64,000 nucleotides of DNA from Myxococcota bacterium (GTDB lineage Bacteria > Myxococcota_A > UBA9160 > UBA4427): the NCBI GenBank assembly GCA_036336835.1, contig JAYZFK010000034.1, positions 43,777-107,776 of the forward strand. The letters run 5' to 3'. The position numbers and the translations under genes were made by a program. The notes beneath the pieces were generated by a model, which worked only from the letters and a program-made list of their open reading frames with translations, did no database searches and was not told where the DNA came from. Shown here one piece after another: positions 1 to 10,185 of the stretch. Position 1 is the first letter of the stretch, and every line of letters begins with the position of its first letter.

Positions 1-2
1 AC

Positions 3-752
3 GCGGAGCGCGAATTCGATCGCGGCGAACGCCTGGCCGAGCGCAATGCGATCAGCGCGCAACAGCGCGACGACTTGCGCCACGGACTCGACCGGGCGCG
101 CGATGACCACGCGCTCGCCGAGGTCGCGCGCGACAGCGCAGACCGCAACCTCGCCGACACCCGCATCACCGCGCCGTTCGCCGGTCGGGTCGACGAGCTC
201 GAGGTCGATGTCGGGGACTACGTCGCGCCCGGCACCCCGGTCGCCACACTGGTCGAACTGAGCCGCGCGCGGGTGTTCGCGGGGGTCACCGCGCAGGCTG
301 CCGCCCGGCTCGAGCCGGGGAGCCACGCCACGATCAGACTCGCCGCACTCGGCGGGGTCGAGGTCCCCGCGACGCTGCGCAGCGTTGCGAGCGTGGCGAG
401 CGAGCGCGACGGCACCTACCCCGTCGAGCTGTGGATCGATGCGCCGCCGGCGGGGATCCGCGACGGCATGGTCGCCTCGGTGGAGCTCGCCTCGTCGGCG
501 CTCGACGCCGTGCCCCTGGCTCCGCGCGCGGGCCTGCTGCGACGCGCGGGCAAGCCGGAGATTTTCGTCGTGGAGCGCGACGGCGAGCGCGAGGTCGCGC
601 GCCTCCGGCGCCTGCGGACGCGGCGCAGCGCTGGCGAGTGGATCGAGGTGCTCGAAGGCCTCGAGGACGGAGACCGGGTCGTCGTAGATGGGCAGTTCGC
701 CTTGCGCGATGGGGCCCCGGTGATCCGCGACGACGCTACTGCGGCGAACTGA
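3..752 (+). CDS. RND efflux periplasmic adaptor (membrane fusion protein), 5'-truncated by the window edge
   Basis: Frame is open from base 3 (AEREFDRGERLAERNAIS...). Has the MFP lipoyl-like motif ITAPFAGRV...VDVGDYVAPGTPV and a C-terminal EVLEGLEDGDRVVVDG. Lies directly upstream of an RND permease. Confidence 0.9.
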   Translation, partial: AEREFDRGERLAERNAISAQQRDDLRHGLDRARDDHALAEVARDSADRNLADTRITAPFAGRVDELEVDVGDYVAPGTPVATLVELSRARVFAGVTAQAAARLEPGSHATIRLAALGGVEVPATLRSVASVASERDGTYPVELWIDAPPAGIRDGMVASVELASSALDAVPLAPRAGLLRRAGKPEIFVVERDGEREVARLRRLRTRRSAGEWIEVLEGLEDGDRVVVDGQFALRDGAPVIRDDATAAN

Positions 753-761
753 GTCTCTTCG

Positions 762-3700
762 GTGGAACGCCTAATTCGCTTCTTCGTCGAGCGGCACCTG
801 CTCGTCAACATGATCACGCTCGGCGTGATCGGTCTAGGCGTAATCAGCGCGCTGCGCATCGACGTCGAGGGCATCCCGGCGATCGACTTTCCGAGCTTCA
901 TCATCACTGCGAACCTCCCCGGTGCCTCGGCGCGCGACATCGAGGCGAAGATCACGATCCCGCTCGAGGAGGCTCTCGAGGAAGTCGACGGCCTCGATCA
1001 CTACACCAGCGAGATCACCAAGAACCGCAGCGTGACCACGGTCGAACTGGACGACGACACGCCGCGAGACGACATCCTCGAGAAGGAGCGCGAGATCCGC
1101 GCGGCGATCGACGGGGTCGCCAACTTCCCGCCCGAGATGGTCGACGATCCTCTGATCATCCGGATAGATCCCTCGAAGCAACCGGTCTTCGAATACGCCC
1201 TGGCCGGCCCGGCGGAGCTGCTCCCCGAGGTTGCCGATCGGATCGAGCGGCGCATGCGCCGCGTTCCCGAGATCGGAGACGTCGGCGTCGTCGGCCTGCC
1301 GGATCCCGAGATGCGCGTGCTCGTCGATCCCGATCTCGCGCGCGCTCATGGTGTCGCACTGCTCGACGTGGTGCAGGCACTCGAGCAGCGCAACGTGTCG
1401 GCGACCGGCGGGTCACTGGAGACGGCGAGCGCGCGGCGTCAGGTCGTGCTCTGGGGCCGCTTCGGAACGGTCGACCAGGTGGGAGATGTGATCCTGCGCT
1501 TCGACCCGCGCGAGGGGGTCGTCCGCGTGCGCGACGTCGCCCGCGTCGAGCTCGGGCGCGAGGACACCGGCTTGATCGCGAGCACCAACGGTCGCGCCGG
1601 CGTCTCGTTGATTCCCCAGAAGAAGCGCCGCGCCGATCTGATCCGATCCCACGCTGGTCTGGTCGCGGCGGTCGAGAACGAACCACTGCCCGAGGGCGTC
1701 ACGGCCACGATCGTCAACGACAGCTCGTTCGACATCCGCAACCGACTCGAGATCATCGCAAACAACGGCTTGATGGGCATCGCCCTCGTCGCGCTCATTG
1801 TCTTCATCTTTCTGGCTCCGTCCGCTGCAACCTGGGTCTGCATGGGCGTTCCACTCGTCATCCTGGGCGTCATCGCACTGATGCCTTGGTTCGGCATGAC
1901 TGCCAACTTCATGTCGACTACGGCCTTCGTCGTGATCCTCGGGCTACTGGTCGACGATGCCGTCGTGGTTGCGGAGAAGATCCTGCTCAAGCGCCAGGAT
2001 GGCCTGTCTGCCAGCGAGGCAGCGATCCAAGGCACGACCGAGGTGGCACGACCGGTGATCACAGCGGCGATCACCACCCTGCTCGCCTTCGCTCCGCTGA
2101 TCGCGATCGGCGGCTTCCCCGGGAAGATCATCTGGCAGCTCCCGGCGGTCGTCGTCATCGCCCTGGCGCTCTCGCTGCTGGAGTCGTTCCTGATCCTGCC
2201 GCCACACATGTCGATGGTGCGCAGCGACACGAGGCCGCGTCCGAAGCGGCAATTCATCCTACGACTCGAGGCGGGCTACCGCAGCCTGCTCGAGCGCTGG
2301 CTCCCGAAGCGCGGGCGAATCATCGCGATCTTTGCAGCCGGATTCCTGGCGATCATGCTCGGCATCGCGCCGCGCATGCAGTTCCAGTTCTTCCCGCAAG
2401 AGGATTCGCGGGCCGTCTACCTGAAGGTCAAGACCCCGATCGGGACGCCGATCGAGCGCACCGAGGCGGTGCTCGACGCGATCGGGCAGCAGATCCTACG
2501 GCTGATGGGAGACGCACTCGAGGGGCTGACGGCGCGGGTCGGACACCAGGATCCGCTGGGCCTGGGCCGGGACTACGGCAGTGCGGAGAACGAAGGCCTG
2601 GTGTCGGCATACATCGACCCCACGAACAAGCAGCGTTCGGCAGCCGAGTGGATCGTGTACCTGAAGCAGCACGTGGGGATCCCCGACGACGCCGAGGTCC
2701 TCTTCGAGGCTGCGGTCGACGGTCCACCGGGGCTCGAGCCGATCAATGTGTTCGTACTCGCGAACGACGATGCGACGCGGCGCCAGGTCTCCCGCGAGGT
2801 GCACGACTACCTGTCCGGCGTGCCCGGCGTCGTCGACCTCGACATCGACGAGCGACCCGGCATGCGCGAGCTCGACCTGAACCTCGACTACGAGAAGCTC
2901 GCGCTACTCGGTCTCGACGCCAGCTCCGTGGGACGCACATTGCAGGCGGCATTCTACGGGCTGATCGCCACAGAGATCCGCGACATCGACGACACGATCG
3001 ACGTGCGCGTACTGTTCGAACCCGCGGCACGCGGCTCGCTCGACGCACTGCTCGACACCTCCGTGCGCAACGACCACGGCGAGCTGGTGCGTCTGCGGGA
3101 TGTGGTCCGACCGGTCGAGACCCCTTCGCTGTCGGCCATTCACCACCGCGACGGCTTGCGCGCCGCAAACGTGACGGGTGGCTTCGGACCGGACAGCCCC
3201 GTCACCGCCAGCTCGCTCGCCGCGCTGATGGAACGCGACCTGCTGCCCCGCTACGCCGGGCGATCGGATGTCGAGATCGAGCTTTCGGGCGAGGTCGTGC
3301 AGTCGCGCCGCGCGATGGGAGACCTGGGCCTCGTGTTCGCATTGTCGGTGATGGGGATCGGCGCGGTGATCGCGATCATGCTCGGTTCGTTCCTCGAGGC
3401 GTTCTTCGTGCTTGCGGTCGTACCGTTCTCGGTGGCTGCGGTGACTCTCGCGATGTTCGCGCACGGCAAGCACTTCTCATTACTCGCGGTAATCGGGGCG
3501 ATCGGGCTTTCCGGCGTGGTGGTGAACTCGTCGATCGTGATGATCGACGCGGTTCACCGGGCGCAGCTGAGGGCGGGAGCCGACGAGCAGAGGCGAACGC
3601 GGGCGATGATCGATGCACTCGTCGGCCGCCTCCGCCCCATCCTGGTGACCAGTCTTTCGACGCTCTGCGGCGTCATGCCCACTGCCTACGGCTTCGGCGG

Positions 3701-3878
3701 CTACGACCAGATCATGTCGCCGCTGTCGCTCGCGATCGGCTGGGGCCTCGCCCTGTCGACCGGAGTCACGCTCTTCCTGGTGCCCGCGCTCTACGTCACT
3801 GCCAACGACTGGACCCGGCGCTTCGCGATCTGGCGCGCGCGGCGGCGAGGCGAAGCCGCGATCGAGGCCGCCGCCTGA
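762..3878 (+). CDS. RND efflux transporter permease subunit (AcrB/AcrD/AcrF family), 1038 aa
   Basis: Size and two-lobed TM/periplasmic layout. N-terminal FFVERHLLVN and PGASARDIE, TM4 GLLVDDAVVVAE, TM11 RLRPILVTSLST. Confidence 0.93.
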   Translation: MERLIRFFVERHLLVNMITLGVIGLGVISALRIDVEGIPAIDFPSFIITANLPGASARDIEAKITIPLEEALEEVDGLDHYTSEITKNRSVTTVELDDDTPRDDILEKEREIRAAIDGVANFPPEMVDDPLIIRIDPSKQPVFEYALAGPAELLPEVADRIERRMRRVPEIGDVGVVGLPDPEMRVLVDPDLARAHGVALLDVVQALEQRNVSATGGSLETASARRQVVLWGRFGTVDQVGDVILRFDPREGVVRVRDVARVELGREDTGLIASTNGRAGVSLIPQKKRRADLIRSHAGLVAAVENEPLPEGVTATIVNDSSFDIRNRLEIIANNGLMGIALVALIVFIFLAPSAATWVCMGVPLVILGVIALMPWFGMTANFMSTTAFVVILGLLVDDAVVVAEKILLKRQDGLSASEAAIQGTTEVARPVITAAITTLLAFAPLIAIGGFPGKIIWQLPAVVVIALALSLLESFLILPPHMSMVRSDTRPRPKRQFILRLEAGYRSLLERWLPKRGRIIAIFAAGFLAIMLGIAPRMQFQFFPQEDSRAVYLKVKTPIGTPIERTEAVLDAIGQQILRLMGDALEGLTARVGHQDPLGLGRDYGSAENEGLVSAYIDPTNKQRSAAEWIVYLKQHVGIPDDAEVLFEAAVDGPPGLEPINVFVLANDDATRRQVSREVHDYLSGVPGVVDLDIDERPGMRELDLNLDYEKLALLGLDASSVGRTLQAAFYGLIATEIRDIDDTIDVRVLFEPAARGSLDALLDTSVRNDHGELVRLRDVVRPVETPSLSAIHHRDGLRAANVTGGFGPDSPVTASSLAALMERDLLPRYAGRSDVEIELSGEVVQSRRAMGDLGLVFALSVMGIGAVIAIMLGSFLEAFFVLAVVPFSVAAVTLAMFAHGKHFSLLAVIGAIGLSGVVVNSSIVMIDAVHRAQLRAGADEQRRTRAMIDALVGRLRPILVTSLSTLCGVMPTAYGFGGYDQIMSPLSLAIGWGLALSTGVTLFLVPALYVTANDWTRRFAIWRARRRGEAAIEAAA

Positions 3879-3895
3879 CGCCCGCGCCCAACCGG

Positions 3896-4672
3896 CTAGA
3901 TATCGCCGAAGTCTCCGTGTCGGCCGCGGCCACTCGCAAAGCGCGCCGCGCCCTCGGCCGTCTCGCCGGACTCGATCACCTCGATGCCGCGCCGCGTCTC
4001 GGCCCGCAACGCGTCGTCGAGCCCGAGCGACCATTGCTCGTACGATGACAGTCGGTCGCTGCGCAGACAAAGCTGGGGGAACGCGGCAAGCGAACGCCCC
4101 AGATCGCAAGCCGCTTCGAGTGCCGTCCCCGACTCGACCAGCCGGTTCGCAAGCCCCATCCGAAGCGCCTCCTCGCCCGACACGCCGCGTCCGGTCAGGA
4201 TCAGGTCGAGCGCATGGCTGTGGCCCAGCATGCGCGATAGCCGGATCGTCCCACCGTCCACCAGGGGCACGCCCCAGCGCCGGCAGTAGACACCGAAGAC
4301 CGCGTCGCGGGCCGCCACCCGCAGGTCGCACCAGACCGCGAGCTCGAGCCCGCCGGCCACGGCGTGGCCCTCGACGGCCGCGATGACCGGCTTGGTGAGC
4401 AGCATGCGCGTCGGCCCCATCGGGCCGTCGCCGTCCTCGCCCACTCGGTTCGCGGTGCGCCCCTCGCTCAGCGCCTTCAAATCGGCCCCTGCACAGAAGC
4501 AGCCGCCCGCTCCGGACAGGACCGCGACCGCGAGATCACCGTCGTCCTCGAACTGGCGAAACGCGTCCGCCAGCTCCTCGGCCGTCGCGCGGTCGACGCA
4601 GTTGCGAACCTTGGGACGATCGATGGTGACGAGCGCGAGCGGCCCGTCGGTCTCGAAGCGAATGTTGGCCAC
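3896..4672 (-). CDS. Enoyl-CoA hydratase/isomerase (crotonase) family protein
   Basis: Motifs FCAGADLK, KPVIAAVEGHAVAGGLELAVWCDLRVA and DGGTIRLSR. Start set at GTG 4672, which has GGGGAGG upstream. Confidence 0.92.
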   Translation of the reverse strand: MANIRFETDGPLALVTIDRPKVRNCVDRATAEELADAFRQFEDDGDLAVAVLSGAGGCFCAGADLKALSEGRTANRVGEDGDGPMGPTRMLLTKPVIAAVEGHAVAGGLELAVWCDLRVAARDAVFGVYCRRWGVPLVDGGTIRLSRMLGHSHALDLILTGRGVSGEEALRMGLANRLVESGTALEAACDLGRSLAAFPQLCLRSDRLSSYEQWSLGLDDALRAETRRGIEVIESGETAEGAARFASGRGRHGDFGDI

Positions 4673-4733
4673 GCTGGCCCCTCCCCGGTGTGAGGCTTTG
4701 ATAATGTAGGCCTTCCCTTCCAGGAGAACTGCG

Positions 4734-6311
4734 ATGCAGGTACCCCTGCTGGTAACCGACTTCCTCCGCCGCGCCGCCGCACTGTATCCCGACAAGCTCG
4801 CCATCGTCGACGGAACGAATCGCTACACGTACACCGACTTCGAGCGCCGCACCAACCAGCTTTCGCACGCCCTGCTGGATCTGGGTCTCGGCCGGGGCGA
4901 CCGCGTCTGCATGCTGAGCCCCAACTCGCACTTCTTCCTCGAGAGCTTCTATGCCACCAGTCAGCTCGGAATCATCCTGGTCCCGCTGAACTACCGGCTG
5001 GCGGCGAGCGAGCACGAGTACATCCTGAACCACGCGGGCGTGCGCGCCGTACTCGTCGACTGGGAGTACACCGACATGATCGACACCATCCGGCCAAAGC
5101 TCGACACGGTCGAGCATTGGGTCGTGGCCAAGGACCGCGGCGACACACCTGCCGGCTGGACCGACTGGGAGGAGTGGATCGGAGTGGCCCCCGCGACCCG
5201 GCCGGCACGCGTCGAGCTCGACGAGAACGAGCTCGTCTCGCTCAACTACACGTCCGGGACGACCGCGCGACCCAAGGGCGTGATGCTCACGCACCGCAAC
5301 GCCTACATCAACGCGTACAGCATGATCGCTCACCTCGGGGTGCGTCACGAGGACGTCGAGCTGTGGACGCTGCCGATGTTCCACTGCAACGGCTGGGGCG
5401 GCGTGTACGCGCTCACGGGGGTCGGCGGTACGCACGTGGTCCTGCGCGCCGTCGATGGCAAGGCGATCTTCGACCTGATCGAGCGGGAGCGGGTGACGTT
5501 CGCGTGCATGGCCCCCGCCGTATTGCGAACGATCCTCGACTATCCGGACCGCGAACGACACGAGATCACCACGCGCCCGCGCTTCACCGTCGCCGGCGCC
5601 CCGCCGCCTGCGGCCTTCATCGAGCGGCTGGAGGGGGAGCTCGGCTGGGAGTTCTTGCAGATCTACGGTCTGACGGAGACTGCGCCGCTGCTCACCATCT
5701 CGGCACCCGATCACCAGACCGAGGCCTCGGACTGGTCTCGGCGCTCCCGCGCTGGTGTGCCCTGCATCGGTGTCGAGATCCGCGTGGTAGACGACGCTGG
5801 CAACGACGTGCCGAAGGACGGCGCCACGATCGGCGAGGTGTGCGCGCGCAGCAACGTGGTATTCACGGGCTACTGGGAACAGCCCGAGCAGACCAACGCG
5901 GCGATCGTCGATGGCTGGTTCCACACGGGCGATCTCGGCGTCTGGGACGAGTTCGAGAACGTGAACATCGTCGATCGCAAGAAGGACGTGATCATCTCGG
6001 GCGGCGAGAACATCAGCTCCCCCGAGGTCGAGGACGCGCTCTACCAGCACGAGGCAGTGCTCGAGTGCGCGGTCATCGGCGTCCCGCACGAGAAGTGGGG
6101 CGAGACCCCGAAGGCCCTGGTGGTGTTGCGCGAAGGACACCGCGCCGGTGAGAGCGAGCTGATCGCATTCTGCCGTGAGCTCCTCGCGCACTTCAAGTGT
6201 CCGACGTCCGTCGAGTTCGTCGACGAGCTGCCGCGCACCGCCACGGGCAAGCTCAAGAAATTCAAGCTGCGCGAGCAGTACTGGACTCACACCGAGCGAC
6301 ACGTCAACTGA
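4734..6311 (+). CDS. Long-chain fatty-acid-CoA ligase / acyl-CoA synthetase (AMP-forming), 525 aa
   Basis: AMP-binding motif YTSGTTARPKG, plus YGLTET, GWFHTGDLG, DRKKDVIISGGENI and LPRTATGK. Confidence 0.93.
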   Translation: MQVPLLVTDFLRRAAALYPDKLAIVDGTNRYTYTDFERRTNQLSHALLDLGLGRGDRVCMLSPNSHFFLESFYATSQLGIILVPLNYRLAASEHEYILNHAGVRAVLVDWEYTDMIDTIRPKLDTVEHWVVAKDRGDTPAGWTDWEEWIGVAPATRPARVELDENELVSLNYTSGTTARPKGVMLTHRNAYINAYSMIAHLGVRHEDVELWTLPMFHCNGWGGVYALTGVGGTHVVLRAVDGKAIFDLIERERVTFACMAPAVLRTILDYPDRERHEITTRPRFTVAGAPPPAAFIERLEGELGWEFLQIYGLTETAPLLTISAPDHQTEASDWSRRSRAGVPCIGVEIRVVDDAGNDVPKDGATIGEVCARSNVVFTGYWEQPEQTNAAIVDGWFHTGDLGVWDEFENVNIVDRKKDVIISGGENISSPEVEDALYQHEAVLECAVIGVPHEKWGETPKALVVLREGHRAGESELIAFCRELLAHFKCPTSVEFVDELPRTATGKLKKFKLREQYWTHTERHVN

Positions 6312-6471
6312 CAGCCGCCGGACCACCGGCCGGGCCAGCCCGCACTCGGCTGCAGGGCCTCTCCTCCTGGAGTGGTCGAGAGAGAGCCGCCCATTGCCGG
6401 GGGACGGTGTAGGATCGCGTTCGGCCGCACCAGAACCTGGGCGGCACCAGCTTCCGGCGATCGGAGACCTC

Positions 6472-8889
6472 GTGGACGACACCAGACCCCGGGCTGAAAT
6501 CCTGGCCGAGCTCGAGGCCTTGCGCGCGGAGATCGACGCACTCGCCCGTTGGCAACACCACACTAGCGACCCCGCCAGCACACTGGGGTTCTCGGAAACC
6601 GTCGCCCGATTCCGGGAGCTGATCCGATCACTCGGCATCTGGCTGCTCGACATCGACTCGCAGGGCTGCATCGTCGGGTGCGGTACGACGTCCCGCGAGC
6701 TGATCGGCAAGCCAGCCGCCCCGCTGGTCGGCATGCCCGGCAGCGAGCTGGTCCACCCCGACGAGAAGATCGCGCTGGAGTCATTCGTCGCCGGGCACCA
6801 GACCCGAGCATCGCAGCGCTTCCGAATCCGCCATGACAACGGCGAGTGGCGCCACTTCGAGTTGCAGATGTCCTCGGGCGTCCGCGCAGACGGGAGCGGC
6901 CCCCGGCTGATCTTTGCCCGCAATGTGACCGCTGAGCACGACGTCGTCCGTGAGCTGCGGAGCAGCCAGGACCGCTATCGAACGCTGGCCGAGAACATGA
7001 CCGATCTGATCGTCGAGATCGATTCCGCGGGTCGCTTCCTGTACGTGAGCCCCAGCTGCGAGGAGTTGATCGGCTACACGCCGGAGCAGCTGCTGGGCAG
7101 CGACGTCGAATCGATCCTCAGAGAAAATCAGATCCAGACCGACGAGCGTGACCAGCTGCTCGACGGCTTCCGGAACCAGGTTCAGGCCCGTGGAGAGGGC
7201 GGACGACGCATCTATCGCGTCCGGCACACGGACGGACGCCAGCTCTGGCTCGACAGCCGCGCGCGTACCTACCGCACTGCGAACGGTGCGATTCACGCGG
7301 TCGTGATCTCGCGTGACGTCACGGAACTGGTCGCCGCACAGGGCGATCTCGCGGATCTCGAGAAACGCTATGCGATGCTGGGCGAGACGAGCCGAGACCT
7401 GATTACAGAGATTGGCCCCGAGGGCACCTTCGTCTACTTGAGTCCCAACGCGCGCGCTCTGCTGGGCTACGAGCCCGAGGAGCTGATCGGCACCCCTCCC
7501 ATGGACCTGGCCCACCCCGCGGATCGCGACCGGGTACTCAATGATTTCGCACCCGCTCCCGAAACCCCCCAGGTCGCGTTCACACCACCCTACCGCTGCC
7601 GCCTGAAGGACGGCAGCTATCGCTGGTTCGAGGGCAGCGGGACGAGCTACACGCGTCCCGACAGCGGCGAAACCTATACGATCGGCCTGCTTCGAGACGT
7701 GCACGAGCGTGTCAACAAACGCGAAGCAGAGCGGGCCCTCGAGGAGCGAGTCCAGCGCGCGCAGCGCCTCGAGGGGCTCGGTGTGATGGCCGGCGGGATC
7801 GCCCACGACTTCAACAACCTGCTCACGCCGATTCTCGGCCAGTCGAGCCTCGCGCTGATGGATCTGCCGGAGAACACGGAACTCCACGAGCGGATCGAGA
7901 AGGTCCGCAACGCGGCGCGTCGCGCCGCGAAGCTCACCAACCAGATGCTGGCCTACGCCGGCGCTGGCCCGCTGCTGTTCGAGGCCACGGATCTCAGCGA
8001 GCTCGTGCGCGAGATGGGCCAGCTACTCGAGAGTACGGTGTCCGGCAAGGCCGTAATCCACTTCGAGCTGGCTGACGAACTCGCGCCGATCGAAGCGGAC
8101 GGCGCACAGATCAGCCAGGTGGTGATGAACCTGATCGCGAATGCCGCCGAGGCGGTGGGGGACGGCAACGGGACGATTTCGGTTCGAACGCGGAGGCTGC
8201 CTGGCAGCGCGATCAACAAGGGCGATCTGGTGCTCGGAGAGGCCGATCCCGCCCTCTCCTACGTCTGCTTCGAGGTCGAGGACACCGGAGTCGGCATGGA
8301 TTCCGCGACGCGGTCGCGCATCTTCGATCCGTTCTTCACCACCAAGTTCACCGGCCGCGGCCTTGGACTCGCCGCGGTGCTCGGCATCGTGCGCGGTCAC
8401 GATGGCGCGATCGAGCTCGACACGGAGCAAGGACGCGGCACAAGGTTCCGTGTCCTGCTGCCGCCCTATACGCTCGGCGAGCCCGCGCTGGCCGAGAGCA
8501 GCACCGCCAGTACCTGGAGCAGCTCGGGATTCATCCTGTTGGCGGACGACGACGCCGGCGTGCGCGATCTCTCCGTGGAAACGCTCGAGCGCTGTGGCTT
8601 CACTGTCCTGATTGCGCGCAACGGGCGCGAAGCACTCGAGCAGTTCGATCAGTACGGGGACCAGATCCGCGCCGTACTCCTCGACCGCACGATGCCCATC
8701 GTGAGCGGCGAGGAAACATTCGCAACACTGCGACGGAAGCGTCCGTATCTTCCGGTCATCATCGTGAGCGGCTATTCCGAGGAGAGCGCCACACTGGCGA
8801 TTGCCGAAAACCGACCCGACGGCTTCCTCAAGAAGCCGTTCCAGCCCGAGGTCCTGATCGAGACGATCCGCAAGGTGCTCGACGACTAG
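6472..8889 (+). CDS. Hybrid sensor histidine kinase/response regulator with three PAS domains
   Basis: PAS repeats (VHPDE; YVSPSCEELIGYTPEQLLG; YLSPNARALLGYEPEELIG). H-box GGIAHDFNNLL, N-box MNLIANA, DTGVGM, FDPFFTTKFTGRGLGL, and a C-terminal REC domain (LADDD...LLDRTMP...KKPF). Start GTG 6472 follows GGAGA. Confidence 0.92.
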   Translation: MDDTRPRAEILAELEALRAEIDALARWQHHTSDPASTLGFSETVARFRELIRSLGIWLLDIDSQGCIVGCGTTSRELIGKPAAPLVGMPGSELVHPDEKIALESFVAGHQTRASQRFRIRHDNGEWRHFELQMSSGVRADGSGPRLIFARNVTAEHDVVRELRSSQDRYRTLAENMTDLIVEIDSAGRFLYVSPSCEELIGYTPEQLLGSDVESILRENQIQTDERDQLLDGFRNQVQARGEGGRRIYRVRHTDGRQLWLDSRARTYRTANGAIHAVVISRDVTELVAAQGDLADLEKRYAMLGETSRDLITEIGPEGTFVYLSPNARALLGYEPEELIGTPPMDLAHPADRDRVLNDFAPAPETPQVAFTPPYRCRLKDGSYRWFEGSGTSYTRPDSGETYTIGLLRDVHERVNKREAERALEERVQRAQRLEGLGVMAGGIAHDFNNLLTPILGQSSLALMDLPENTELHERIEKVRNAARRAAKLTNQMLAYAGAGPLLFEATDLSELVREMGQLLESTVSGKAVIHFELADELAPIEADGAQISQVVMNLIANAAEAVGDGNGTISVRTRRLPGSAINKGDLVLGEADPALSYVCFEVEDTGVGMDSATRSRIFDPFFTTKFTGRGLGLAAVLGIVRGHDGAIELDTEQGRGTRFRVLLPPYTLGEPALAESSTASTWSSSGFILLADDDAGVRDLSVETLERCGFTVLIARNGREALEQFDQYGDQIRAVLLDRTMPIVSGEETFATLRRKRPYLPVIIVSGYSEESATLAIAENRPDGFLKKPFQPEVLIETIRKVLDD

Positions 8890-9086
8890 CCGGCCCCGGA
8901 ATCGAGAGCAGCGCAAAGGCCTAGCGATCGCGACCGGCGAGCTACCGACCGACCGACCGGAGATGCCGAGTCCGCGCCCTCGCTCGCGAACGCTTGCGGA
9001 GCGACCGCGCGGCGATCTCGAGCTCCTGGTCGAGGACGCCATGCGGGTGGAGGACGACCCCAGGGCGATCGTTCGGCTCGCGCTGT

Positions 9087-10181
9087 TCAGCCGGCGTCGA
9101 CCGTGCGCTGTCCGAGCAGGTTGAGCTTGAACTTGCGAATGACCGCGGGCTCGATCCGCACGCCCTTCTCGTCCTCGAAGAACAGCGCGTCCTTCGGACA
9201 TTGCACGACACAGGCGCCGCAACGGACACAACGGTCGTCGTGGGCCAGCTCGACCTTGCGCTCTCCTTCCCGCTTCTCGAAGCAGGCTTCGGGACACACC
9301 TCCCAGCAGCGGTACACGCCCTCGCAGCGCTCGGGGTCGAGCGTGATGCTCCACTCCCGCTGCTCGAAGTGGCTGCTGCCTTCGAGCGGGGTGCTGCCCG
9401 CGTAGTCGAACGTCAGGAGGAAGCCGATCACGCCGGGCAGCAGCGCAGCAGCCACCAGCGCCGGCGCTCCCCCGCCTGCAAGAAACGTCCCGAGCACGGC
9501 CAGCGCCGAGCTCACCAGGACGAGAACCGGGCGGCGCGCGCTGCCGAGGCGGTCGTACAGGGTGAAGACCGCGACCGACATCGCGGCGATCAGAGCGATG
9601 ACCGGCAGCGCCCAACCAGGTTGCAGCCAGAGTGCGATGCCTCCCGCGATGAGGGCCGCTGGGACGCCCCACATCGCGGCCATCTCGAGCCGCTCCGAGA
9701 GTGAGAAGCGGACGCGGCGCATCGCGTCGGTCTTCTCGCTCGTGGCGAGATACTCCGGCAGATCGCTCGCGCTCACCGGACCGAAGGCGACCTTCCAGCG
9801 GCAGCGGCGGAACACCTCGAGCGCCGTCACGCCCGTGGCGGCCAGCTGCGGGAGGATCACCCGGCGATGCTTCACCCGCTCAGCGATTCCCGAGGTCTTG
9901 AGCACGGTCACGACCTGGTGCGTCGAGAGATGGCCGCCGGCCGCCGCGCACCACACGTTGATTCCGCCCGAGGGCGCCACCAACAGCCACGCGTCGTGCC
10001 CTTCGAGCGCTCGAGCCAGCCGCCTCACTGTCAGGTCGTAGTTCCCGGTCAGCAGCACCGGGCTCGTCTCGTCGGGCTCGCCCAGGCGTCGTAGGCCGGG
10101 CTGGGTGGGCCACGGCGCGAAGCGAAACGCAGTCTGCAGCAGCTCGAGGCACCCGTCGCGGCATCGCGCGCCGATCGTCAT
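9087..10181 (-). CDS. HgcAB-like fusion protein: CdhD/AcsC-type corrinoid-binding domain + about 4 TM helices + ferredoxin domain, 364 aa
   Basis: PGLRRLGEPDETSPVLLTGNYDLT, cap-helix-like GINVWCAAAGG and ILPQLAATGV. Four hydrophobic helices follow, then CEGVYRCWEVCP and CVRCGACVVQCP. Confidence 0.88.
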   Translation of the reverse strand: MTIGARCRDGCLELLQTAFRFAPWPTQPGLRRLGEPDETSPVLLTGNYDLTVRRLARALEGHDAWLLVAPSGGINVWCAAAGGHLSTHQVVTVLKTSGIAERVKHRRVILPQLAATGVTALEVFRRCRWKVAFGPVSASDLPEYLATSEKTDAMRRVRFSLSERLEMAAMWGVPAALIAGGIALWLQPGWALPVIALIAAMSVAVFTLYDRLGSARRPVLVLVSSALAVLGTFLAGGGAPALVAAALLPGVIGFLLTFDYAGSTPLEGSSHFEQREWSITLDPERCEGVYRCWEVCPEACFEKREGERKVELAHDDRCVRCGACVVQCPKDALFFEDEKGVRIEPAVIRKFKLNLLGQRTVDAG

Positions 10182-10185
10182 GCCC

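Noticed and set aside
431..4048. 1205-aa alternative-frame ORF overlapping the RND genes
   Set aside because: Arg/Gly/Pro-rich shadow ORF typical of high-GC DNA. The overlapping frame encodes a clear RND permease.
4536..6923. 795-aa minus-strand ORF
   Set aside because: Antisense shadow of the acyl-CoA ligase and kinase genes, with no family motifs of its own.
8890..9086. Short CCGA tandem (ccgaccgaccgacc) in the intergenic region
   Set aside because: Only about three units, which is expected by chance at this GC content. No repeat-spacer structure.
9087..10181. Calling this gene hgcA and the organism a mercury methylator
   Set aside because: The cap helix is NVWCAAAGG rather than NVWCAAGK, the ferredoxin is fused and lacks one cluster Cys, and there are no C-terminal cysteines. 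Methylation cannot be inferred.
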